DNA of 43,448 nucleotides from a virus (Duplodnaviria; Caudoviricetes): IMG/VR virus record IMGVR_UViG_3300029171_000016, positions 1 to 43,448 of that record. One strand, written 5' to 3'. This document shows, one piece after another, positions 35,663 through 43,448 of the stretch. Numbering within the stretch: position 1 is the first letter of the stretch; each line of letters begins with the position of its first letter. The notes under the pieces are model-generated. The model saw only the letters and a list, made by a program, of their open reading frames with translations, made no database searches and was not told the origin of the DNA. Both the position numbers and the translations under genes were made by a program.

Positions 35663-37914
35663 CGGTATATTCTCAGTTCTACTATAGCGGGCAGTTAATC
35701 GAGGACGCTTACAGTTATGATGTAAATAAGTCCATCAGTGAGAATAACTCATCAAGCGACTTCTCTGCCTATGTAGAAAACATTGCAGGAAGAAACGCTA
35801 CGACATTTCAAGTAGGGCCAGAAGTCTGTATCTACGCAGATACAAATTGGATTCAACCAAGCGGAGAACCCTTCGGGCAGTTCAGATTTAATGAGGGAAC
35901 GGGCTCTGATTTCTTTGATTCTATACAGAACAATCAAGGTAGTTTGATTGGCGATTTTACTTCTTGGACTCAGGGAAAAATAGGGAGCGCTTTAAACTTT
36001 ATTGGATCCCAAGGATTTGCAGTTCTATCAACTGGATCACCAAACGTGTTCACAAGGGGTTCCGGAGACAGCTTCACTTATACTTTCTGGGTAAAACCTA
36101 CTGGAAGTGCAGGAGCAAACTTTGGAAGAATAATGGAGGACACATACGTTGGATGGTATCCGGGCCAAGTCAGGATTCAATCAGAGGGCGGCTCGATGTT
36201 TAATGTGTCTCTTGCAAGATTTGACGGAACGAACAATCCGACGGCTGTTACAGGGTACATTAGCAGGATAAACGAATGGTCTCACATCGCGTGTGTTTAT
36301 AATAATGATCTAGGCAGCCTCTACATCTACCAGAATGGTTATCTTAGGAACGCCACAAAGGACACTACTGTTAAAGCTGATCAGACGGGTTCTCAAGGGT
36401 TTACTTATTTTGGGAACACTACAGTAGGAACACGCGGGTTCACAGGACAGCTAGATGATTTCAGAATCTACAGAAGACCTTTAACCGATTATGAAATATT
36501 GGCCATATGCAATGCGCTTTCCGGAACTGAGATGATAAATAACGGATCGCAGCTACTCTTTAAAGGAATCGTCGAGAATATCTCATACGAAGGTGTAGAA
36601 CTCGATGAGAAAATAACTCTGACAGGGAGAGACTTTTCTGCGCGATTAGTTGACAGAACTGTTGAACCGGAAGTCTACACAAACATGGAAATAGGGAGTA
36701 TCGTTAGAGATATAATTCGCAAGTACACTAGCAACATTACTACCTCTGGAGTTATGACAGTGCCGGGAAGTCCGCTCGCGAGAATAGTGTTTAATCATAC
36801 TCCTGTTTACGACGCCGTAAATCAGCTAGCACAATTGGCAGATTATAACTTCTACGTTGATGTAAATAAAGACCTATCTTTCGCGCCAGCAGGATCGGTA
36901 AGTTCAGGTTATACGTTTGACTCTGGGAACTCATTGGAAGATGTATTCCAAGTCGACAGAGAAAGCTTGTTCAATCAAGTGTGGGTTTATGGAGATAGGT
37001 ACTTAGATGGATTTCAGGAAACACTTACTGCAGGAAGCCCTCTAGGAGGAAGTATATTTACTCTGCTTTACAATCCGCATAATACTCAAGTTAGAGTAAG
37101 CGGAGCGATTATTCAACCCGGTGGAATTGATGAATTGACTAACACGCCAGTTTCAGGAGCAAAGTATCTAGTTAACTTTTTAGATAAGCAAATCATCTTT
37201 ACCTCAGGAACAGATATTGGAGCTAACATTCCAACTTCAGGGAATCAAGTAATTATAGACTATCAGAGAACCCTTCCCGTCGTAAAAGTTGGAAACAATG
37301 ATCCGAGTATCTCGCAGTTTTCACAACGAAATAAAATTATAGTTGATAAGAACATCAAAGATCCTCTAACCGCGGCAGCCATATTGAAAGAACAGCTAGC
37401 AACTCTTGCAAATCCTAAGATCGAGGGTAACTTAGATGTTTATGGTATTGTTGATGTAGTTCCCGGCCAGACAGCAATCGTTAACTTTCCAAACCAGAAC
37501 ATCAACAGTCAGACCTACGAGATCATTGAGGCAAAGTATGCTTTCAACACCGAAAATAACCTAAGTAATCGTGTTCTTTCATTGAAACTAAATAAAAGAA
37601 TTGGAGACGTTACCGACACATTAAAAGATACTATTCTGGAGTTAAGAAGAATAAACGCACAGGACATAACAACAAGCGATGTAATTACAAGGTTTCAGTT
37701 TGCGACTGGCAGTTACGGCTATCAAACAAGCGGTGTTCTGGTTTACACACGAACCGGATTAGGGAGCAGTTTTATTCTTGGGATCCCAAACACAAATCCC
37801 GGAGGAGTTGGATGGGGAGGAGTTCTTGGAAGCTCAACAGCAAGCGGTGTTAATTATTTGGGAGATTCAAGAAACGCATTAGTCTTAGTCTGGAGCGGAG
37901 GGTATCCGACTTGA
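35659..37914 (+). CDS. Tail-tip/baseplate hub protein with inserted LamG domain
   Basis: LFKGIVE..LTGRD, FYVD hub motifs flank a LamG (SFTYTFWVKP..EWSHIA..GQLDDFRIY). Confidence 0.78.
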   Translation: MTVYSQFYYSGQLIEDAYSYDVNKSISENNSSSDFSAYVENIAGRNATTFQVGPEVCIYADTNWIQPSGEPFGQFRFNEGTGSDFFDSIQNNQGSLIGDFTSWTQGKIGSALNFIGSQGFAVLSTGSPNVFTRGSGDSFTYTFWVKPTGSAGANFGRIMEDTYVGWYPGQVRIQSEGGSMFNVSLARFDGTNNPTAVTGYISRINEWSHIACVYNNDLGSLYIYQNGYLRNATKDTTVKADQTGSQGFTYFGNTTVGTRGFTGQLDDFRIYRRPLTDYEILAICNALSGTEMINNGSQLLFKGIVENISYEGVELDEKITLTGRDFSARLVDRTVEPEVYTNMEIGSIVRDIIRKYTSNITTSGVMTVPGSPLARIVFNHTPVYDAVNQLAQLADYNFYVDVNKDLSFAPAGSVSSGYTFDSGNSLEDVFQVDRESLFNQVWVYGDRYLDGFQETLTAGSPLGGSIFTLLYNPHNTQVRVSGAIIQPGGIDELTNTPVSGAKYLVNFLDKQIIFTSGTDIGANIPTSGNQVIIDYQRTLPVVKVGNNDPSISQFSQRNKIIVDKNIKDPLTAAAILKEQLATLANPKIEGNLDVYGIVDVVPGQTAIVNFPNQNINSQTYEIIEAKYAFNTENNLSNRVLSLKLNKRIGDVTDTLKDTILELRRINAQDITTSDVITRFQFATGSYGYQTSGVLVYTRTGLGSSFILGIPNTNPGGVGWGGVLGSSTASGVNYLGDSRNALVLVWSGGYPT

Positions 37915-37925
37915 CAGGAGGTTAA

Positions 37926-38285
37926 ATGATAAACAATTTTGCTAAACAACAGGCAGCACTTTTAATTGGCGGGAGCAGTGTGCCAACACCAACTTACTTT
38001 GTAATAGGTTCGGGTTCTGGGACGATAATGGCTACCCAAACTACGCTATTTAACGAATATGATCGTCAGTTAATGACATCACGTGATCTTTCAGTCGGCC
38101 AACAAGTCACTTTTACTGGTGATTGGAACTCTGTTGAAATCAGTGGACTGACTCTAACGGAATTTGGTGTAATCGGATCTGCAGCTCCGCTGGTTGGGAG
38201 CATCTGGAGCGTAATCAGTTTACCCGGAATAACGTTCAATGGAACTCAGGAACTAAGAATAGAGGAGGTACATCAGATTTATTAG
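37926..38285 (+). CDS. Tail-tip-associated protein
   Basis: FVIGSG...LFNEYDR...LTEFGV pattern of fibre-collar/baseplate domains. Confidence 0.6.
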   Translation: MINNFAKQQAALLIGGSSVPTPTYFVIGSGSGTIMATQTTLFNEYDRQLMTSRDLSVGQQVTFTGDWNSVEISGLTLTEFGVIGSAAPLVGSIWSVISLPGITFNGTQELRIEEVHQIY

Positions 38286-38335
38286 TATATACTTATGTTA
38301 ATAACGTATAAATAATAAGTTTGAGTTAGATAAAA
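38283..38335 (+). promoter_or_regulatory. Late promoter: GTATATAC 22 bp upstream of TATA (fibre operon)
   Basis: GTATATAC 38285-38292; TAACG-TATAAATA (38307-38314); ATG 29 nt on. Confidence 0.75.
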
Positions 38336-38926
38336 ATGACAGCAGAGGGCTCCTTTCCCAAGGTAGATGGGGATATTTTATATGCAAGTGAGGTAAATAG
38401 ATTTGCAAGGGCTGGTGGTCTCATAGCCGCAGGTTCAACAGCGTCCGCAGGAAGCTCAACCAATTTTCAAACAATAGGAAGCGTGTTTGTTAGCGGTATC
38501 AATTTAGCAGCAGTTTCCGCTAGTACTTGGGCAGGATTTACCATAGATTCAACTCACACAGGGACTGCCTCACAGGCTGGTGCTTCGTTCGCTGGTTCAA
38601 TTAATTACAGATTTAGCGGCACAGCACTACAGAATATTACTCTTAATGGTCCTTACGGTGCCGCAACAGATGTCTCTGCGAAATTATACGGACACACAAA
38701 TGTTTTCGTGAATGCAACAGACACTATGTCTCATGTGATTGGCGGAATGTGGCCTGCAACACCAACAACCTCTTTAGGAAGACAAGCAGCATTCATAACG
38801 AGCGTGGGAAGCCCGTTTGTGATATTTATTGAGTCCGTGCATAACGGAAATACTGCGGGGCAAACCAACGGGACTGGCAGTGTTGGCGTTCACTATATCG
38901 TTCAAAGCCAAAGAGGTGCAGTCTAA
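38336..38926 (+). CDS. Short tail fibre / receptor-binding-like protein
   Basis: FPKVDGDILYASEVN anchor-type N-terminus; S/T/G/A-rich. Confidence 0.6.
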   Translation: MTAEGSFPKVDGDILYASEVNRFARAGGLIAAGSTASAGSSTNFQTIGSVFVSGINLAAVSASTWAGFTIDSTHTGTASQAGASFAGSINYRFSGTALQNITLNGPYGAATDVSAKLYGHTNVFVNATDTMSHVIGGMWPATPTTSLGRQAAFITSVGSPFVIFIESVHNGNTAGQTNGTGSVGVHYIVQSQRGAV

Positions 38927-39186
38927 TGATCGAATTTTTAATTCACTGGATCTTATTTTATGTGAGCATAATGATCGCGATGTGCGTAGATAACATCTTC
39001 TGGATTCCTACTAGCCCTGAGTACCCGAACTTTAAGGAGAACAAGATGCCTATCTTTGTCGAAGGAAAGCTTTATCATTCCAGATTAAGCTATATTTTCA
39101 AGTACAGAATTTTATCAGTTTTAACTCACTGGAGGGACATCGTACCGGCAATAATTTCCAGCACGATATTAACATTGCTATGGTAA
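38926..39186 (+). CDS. Small protein with two hydrophobic segments
   Basis: N- and C-terminal hydrophobic stretches; TAATG coupling. Confidence 0.55.
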   Translation: MIEFLIHWILFYVSIMIAMCVDNIFWIPTSPEYPNFKENKMPIFVEGKLYHSRLSYIFKYRILSVLTHWRDIVPAIISSTILTLLW

Positions 39187-39213
39187 ACCTAAGTTGTCTT
39201 GAAGAGGTGTAAA

Positions 39214-39501
39214 ATGGGAGAGGACATTCGAGGCTACGTAATCAATGAAATTATTAGAAACGTTACAGGCAGCCCAGCATCTTACGTTACTTTTGCACAG
39301 TCGGCGCATAGTGTAATGATTGATAACTTAGGCAGTTCGTTGATCTACTTTAATTTTAACGGTGTCGCACATCCGACTTCTAGCGGCACCGGCATAGTCC
39401 CTGCGCAGAGTTTCCGTGTTTTCGATGTGCAGATCGGTTCAGTGAGTATTCAAAGCAGCGGGCTCACATCATCACAGGTGCAAGTGATAAAACTTAATTA
39501 A
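39214..39501 (+). CDS. Small beta-rich virion protein
   Basis: GAGGTG before ATG 39214. Confidence 0.65.
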   Translation: MGEDIRGYVINEIIRNVTGSPASYVTFAQSAHSVMIDNLGSSLIYFNFNGVAHPTSSGTGIVPAQSFRVFDVQIGSVSIQSSGLTSSQVQVIKLN

Positions 39502-39502
39502 C

Positions 39503-42500
39503 ATGGGCAGAATGGACGGCCAAAATGAGGCCTTAAACACCGCAACAGGAAACGGAACATATCTCAGACTAGACGGAACCTCTACGACAACAGCAGAAAT
39601 TCCATTCGCACAAGGAATATCCTTACCAAATGATAGATTCGTTACATTCGGAACTGGAAACACAATCGGATTTGATACAGGAAATGATGCGTTTACTATT
39701 GACACTGGTTCAAATGTTATTTCAATTAATGGGCAAGAACTGAGCGTGGTTACTGTAGGAACAACTATTTTCAGTGCTAACCTATTTTATATTCAAAGCG
39801 CAAGTTTTTTCTCACGCAGTCATTTTCCTGAATCTAATAACGCTTATGATTTAGGAAGTGCGAGTCTTTATTGGAGGAATGTTTATATTGGAACTCAGTT
39901 ATTCAGTAATGTTTCAGGCGTAGCTCCATTCGTTATTTCTTCAACTACATTAGTAACTAATCTAAACGCAGATATGCTTGATGGATTACATCTTGGAACT
40001 TCTGGAAACACAATTCCCGCTTTAACTGGAAACAACACATGGACAAACGACCAAGTAATGAGTGGAACATTTAGATGGTATTTTAATTCCTCAACGGCTG
40101 GTCCAAGTATTTACTCTACTGGCGTAGGTGGATACCTCGAGTTGTTAACTCCTAACCCGGCGATGGAGACGGCTGTTTGGGGTATTAACCTAAAGACAGG
40201 AAGTGTATCCTCTACAACCCTCACAAGAAACACAGGAAGCATTATCTTAACTACTGGGAACATCTCAAGTTTCGATGGAGCTACTGGAAGCATCCAGTTC
40301 ACAATAGGAGATATTCTGTCCTCTGCAACGGGTGCAGTCGGAAATTTTGAATTCATCGCAGGAAGCACAATTGGAAGTTTAAGTTCTTTTGATGCAAGTT
40401 ATTTCGCATTCTACGGAGGTTCACCAGCTAGCGGAGGAGCCGGCTCTTATGTTTGGTTTTTAACAACAGACGGAAACGGCGGAGATACTTACGGAGTTGT
40501 TGTTGCTTCAACTCCGGGTTTAAACTCACACTCATTCACAGGAAATCCTTACTCAGTTTACCTTGAGAATATTTTGGAAGTTGATGGTGCGACCTTTTTA
40601 GATGCGGCTTTAACTGTAGCAAGTATTTCAACATTCAACGGAAATGTTTTAATTGGAGAAGATATTTCTGTTGATTGGGGATTGGGAGCTTTTTCAATAA
40701 CGTACGTTTCTGCAAGCAATCAGATAATTATTGAAAATCCAGACTTCCCGGCAGATGTTATTTTCAATCTTACGACAAATCATTCAGGAAGTATTTTGCC
40801 AACCTCGGATAGCTCCTATGACTTTGGAGGGTCAAGTTTAAAGTGGAGAGATGGATGGTTCGGAAGAAGTCTAACAGTTAATTCTAACTCTACAACAGCA
40901 CTCTTCGTGGAAAGAGACGGAGTTAATGACAATGTTTTTGTTGTAGATACAACTAACGCCTCAATTGGAATGAACAGAGCAATCGATACTGCGAACACAT
41001 TAAGCATTACAGAACTGACAAAGGCGAATGTAATTAACATACAGCATACCCTTACTTCAGCCGTCAGACCAATTTCCATCTCAGTTACTGAAGACTGGAA
41101 CTTCAATGGCAGTTTTGTATCTCCCGGAGCAACTGTGCTTCAGTTTTTCATGTACGATAATCGTGCCGTATCAACTGCGGGAAGCACAGACATAGTAACT
41201 CCAATTTATGTTACATTGCAAAGACCTCAGAGCGGAACCGCCTCATCCACAAAGGCAGGACCCGGAATCAATATGGCTGTGTTTAATATTAACGAAAGTG
41301 CCTCAATGACATATTCTGCTAATATCTCCACATATACTACTGCAACTATTGCTTCAAGCGTTGCCGCTGGGACTCAGACTTTCGCGTTTACTTGGACTGG
41401 AACAAACTCATTTACTCACGTAAACAGATGGGCTGACTCAAACATAACATTTAATCCCACAGTAACTGGCGGAGGAACATATAGACTAAATCATTACGCC
41501 TTCGTTGCAAGAGGAACCGGAACGACGACAGGAAATACCTATTCTGTTGGATTTTATCACGCATTGACTGGATTTGATGTTGGCTGGGGATATGTTAACG
41601 AAACCACGGTTGCGAACAACTATATGGGTGGAGATAACACAAAAACATACTGGGGAACTGGAACAGGAAGCGTATCGGCAAGGACTCTAGCTTCAGACGC
41701 CTCAGTAACGTACGACGGAACGAATTTAGTTTGGAACACAAGAGAGATTGGTTCAGGTGCATTTCAGATTACTTATAACCTGCAAGTCTCACCTGTTCAG
41801 GATGTCCTCTCTCAATTCGGAGGGGCATGGACTTCAAGTATTGTTTCAACTTCTGATTCAAACGATAGACTTGTAGTAACTAAAGTATCTACAGCAACAG
41901 GTAACAAAAGAGCAGGACTTTTCATAACTGAACACAATGCTCAATCCTCGCATGCGGGAGGAGTGATGTCTCTAAACGCATACACTGTTATCTTAGGTTC
42001 AAACAATTATACCTCAACTACTTTCGGAGGAGGATTAAGAGGGGGAAGGTATGTAAGCTCTCACGAGGGAAGCGGAACAGTCAGTCAGGGTTCAGCCTTC
42101 TCAGCCCTGATTCAATCAACCTCAACTGGAAATATCACAGATACAGCCACATTCCACGCTGAATCCCCAGCCGTTGCTTCCGGAACAACTTGGACAACTC
42201 ATGCGGGACTTTGGATAAGGGGCGGCTCAATAGTCGGAACCATTACAACCAGATATGGAATAAGAATAGATGATTTATCAGGGGGCAGTACAATATTTGG
42301 CATCGCACTTCAGTCAGACGCGAATGCGATTGTCTTTGGAGCCGGGAACGATGCGACTATTCTCTACGACGGAACGAATTTGGTAATCAATCCAAAATTA
42401 GTTGGAAGTGGAATTGTTAATATCACCGGAGGGTTGCAGTGTGATTCCATAACAAATGATACGGGGTTGGCCGCCGGAACTTATACGCCTACAAGAAGTG

Positions 42501-42820
42501 CTGAAACGAACTTAGATTCAAATGTTACAATGACGGAGGCGCAATATTTGAGGGTTGGAAATACCATAACCGTTTCCGGCAGATTCACAGCTGACCCGAC
42601 TTTAACAGCAACCGCAACAAGTTTTGAAATTACTTTGCCAGTTGCTTCAAACATAGGAGCTGCTGAAGATGCTGCCGGCGTCGCTTACTGTGGAGCAATA
42701 GCTGGACAGGGAGCAGAGATTATCGGAGTAGCCGGAAACGATACAGCAAAAATTCAATGGATAGCTGGAGACGTAACGAGCCAGACTTGGAGTTACACAT
42801 TTAGTTATCAGGTGATATAA
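39503..42820 (+). CDS. Long modular tail fibre/adhesin
   Basis: 1105 aa T/S/G-rich; YLRLDG, TNLNADMLDGLH, twice P-x4-YD(L/F)G-x4-W, C-terminal YLRVGNTITV..ITLPV. Confidence 0.8.
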   Translation: MGRMDGQNEALNTATGNGTYLRLDGTSTTTAEIPFAQGISLPNDRFVTFGTGNTIGFDTGNDAFTIDTGSNVISINGQELSVVTVGTTIFSANLFYIQSASFFSRSHFPESNNAYDLGSASLYWRNVYIGTQLFSNVSGVAPFVISSTTLVTNLNADMLDGLHLGTSGNTIPALTGNNTWTNDQVMSGTFRWYFNSSTAGPSIYSTGVGGYLELLTPNPAMETAVWGINLKTGSVSSTTLTRNTGSIILTTGNISSFDGATGSIQFTIGDILSSATGAVGNFEFIAGSTIGSLSSFDASYFAFYGGSPASGGAGSYVWFLTTDGNGGDTYGVVVASTPGLNSHSFTGNPYSVYLENILEVDGATFLDAALTVASISTFNGNVLIGEDISVDWGLGAFSITYVSASNQIIIENPDFPADVIFNLTTNHSGSILPTSDSSYDFGGSSLKWRDGWFGRSLTVNSNSTTALFVERDGVNDNVFVVDTTNASIGMNRAIDTANTLSITELTKANVINIQHTLTSAVRPISISVTEDWNFNGSFVSPGATVLQFFMYDNRAVSTAGSTDIVTPIYVTLQRPQSGTASSTKAGPGINMAVFNINESASMTYSANISTYTTATIASSVAAGTQTFAFTWTGTNSFTHVNRWADSNITFNPTVTGGGTYRLNHYAFVARGTGTTTGNTYSVGFYHALTGFDVGWGYVNETTVANNYMGGDNTKTYWGTGTGSVSARTLASDASVTYDGTNLVWNTREIGSGAFQITYNLQVSPVQDVLSQFGGAWTSSIVSTSDSNDRLVVTKVSTATGNKRAGLFITEHNAQSSHAGGVMSLNAYTVILGSNNYTSTTFGGGLRGGRYVSSHEGSGTVSQGSAFSALIQSTSTGNITDTATFHAESPAVASGTTWTTHAGLWIRGGSIVGTITTRYGIRIDDLSGGSTIFGIALQSDANAIVFGAGNDATILYDGTNLVINPKLVGSGIVNITGGLQCDSITNDTGLAAGTYTPTRSAETNLDSNVTMTEAQYLRVGNTITVSGRFTADPTLTATATSFEITLPVASNIGAAEDAAGVAYCGAIAGQGAEIIGVAGNDTAKIQWIAGDVTSQTWSYTFSYQVI

Positions 42821-43056
42821 TGAATCACGAAGATAAAGTGCTTGACAAACTTGGAAAGATTGAAATTAGCGTAGCGGAGATTAAGCAAGAATTAAAGTCA
42901 ATGAACGGTTCAGTCAAACGCCACGAGGTTATGATTGAAAACAATCGTTTGAAAATCGAAAGTCAGGGAGTTACTATTGCAAAATTAATCGGAAGCGGAA
43001 CTCTTGGGGGAGCAATAGTGGGAGTTATAACTTATCTACTGCAAAATGGGGTGTAG
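42820..43056 (+). CDS. Holin/XhlA-like coiled-coil protein with C-terminal TM
   Basis: Coiled coil with NGSV, then hydrophobic C-terminus; follows fibres. Confidence 0.5.
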   Translation: MNHEDKVLDKLGKIEISVAEIKQELKSMNGSVKRHEVMIENNRLKIESQGVTIAKLIGSGTLGGAIVGVITYLLQNGV

Positions 43057-43090
43057 TAAGATTTAAATAAACTCAACGACTAAAAGAAAT
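43056..43090 (+). promoter_or_regulatory. Archaeal-type TATA promoter
   Basis: TAAGA-TTTAAATA (43062-43069), 29 nt before ATG 43091. Confidence 0.65.
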
Positions 43091-43399
43091 ATGCCATTCG
43101 AACTGACGAATCCAATTCAAAGAACAGCTCCAGCAATTAGAATTAATAGAATAACAATCAACTTCGACGACAGAAAGGCAACTGTTTCTTATGTTTTGGT
43201 TTACGAAGACGGGAGAGAAGAAGTTAAACCATTTATTTCCTTTGAAGATTGGACAGAGGATACAGATGAGGGCGTCGTTCAGCACCCAGATTTCACTGAC
43301 TTCTACGCTGATTACAGCACCCACGAATATCTCTATACGAAGATTGCCGAGAAAGAAGGACTAACTGGCACATTTGACCTAGATGGAGAGCCACAATGA
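43091..43399 (+). CDS. Acidic hypothetical protein
   Basis: ORF behind a promoter. Confidence 0.65.
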   Translation: MPFELTNPIQRTAPAIRINRITINFDDRKATVSYVLVYEDGREEVKPFISFEDWTEDTDEGVVQHPDFTDFYADYSTHEYLYTKIAEKEGLTGTFDLDGEPQ

Positions 43400-43448
43400 A
43401 AGAACTGAATATTAACCTTGACTTGAAAGGAATAGAACTAGAGAATGA
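43396..43448 (+). CDS. Hypothetical protein, 3'-truncated
   Basis: ATGA overlap; MKELNINLDLKGIELEN runs off the end. Confidence 0.5.
   Translation, partial: MKELNINLDLKGIELEN

Noticed and set aside
39503-42820. Diversity-generating retroelement target
   Set aside because: No reverse transcriptase and no ~100-bp TR/VR pair; repeats are short
775-43324. All minus-strand ORFs in the track
   Set aside because: They lie antisense to well-supported, tightly coupled plus-strand genes and show no recognisable motifs
1-43448. Alternative genetic code or tRNA genes
   Set aside because: Long genes are intact in the standard code, all three stops are used, and no cloverleaf was noticed by eye

Overview
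This is a near-complete, single-strand-coded (all credible genes on +) siphovirus-like tailed virus genome (Caudoviricetes). The host is most likely archaeal: TATA boxes lie 28-30 nt before start codons, and there are C2H2 Zn-finger and AbrB/RHH/wHTH regulators and an oligo-T terminator. A DPANN-type host is plausible but unproven. Layout: small early or accessory genes (1-7.1 kb); a ~13.3 kb glycan-biosynthesis locus (7.3-20.65 kb); packaging genes (TerS, TerL, portal-MuF fusion); then head, neck, non-contractile tail, fibres and a holin-like gene. The glycan locus holds 5 glycosyltransferases, a GDP-mannose 4,6-dehydratase-like enzyme, an epimerase/reductase, a cupin, a split ThDP E1-alpha/beta-like pair interrupted by a homing-endonuclease-like gene, an SDR, methyltransferases and a B12 radical SAM enzyme. 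Main candidates for new biology: (1) a virus-encoded pathway for a C2-branched deoxysugar, coupled to a strong Gly-Ser/Ser-Gly enrichment in outer virion proteins, suggesting a self-encoded virion glycan coat; (2) one palindromic operator, GTATATAC, sitting downstream of TATA at three pre-structural promoters and exactly 22 bp upstream of TATA at four structural promoters, suggesting a position-encoded early/late switch. Bases 1-17 are an amplification primer. All functional calls come from motif recognition by eye; no searches were run.
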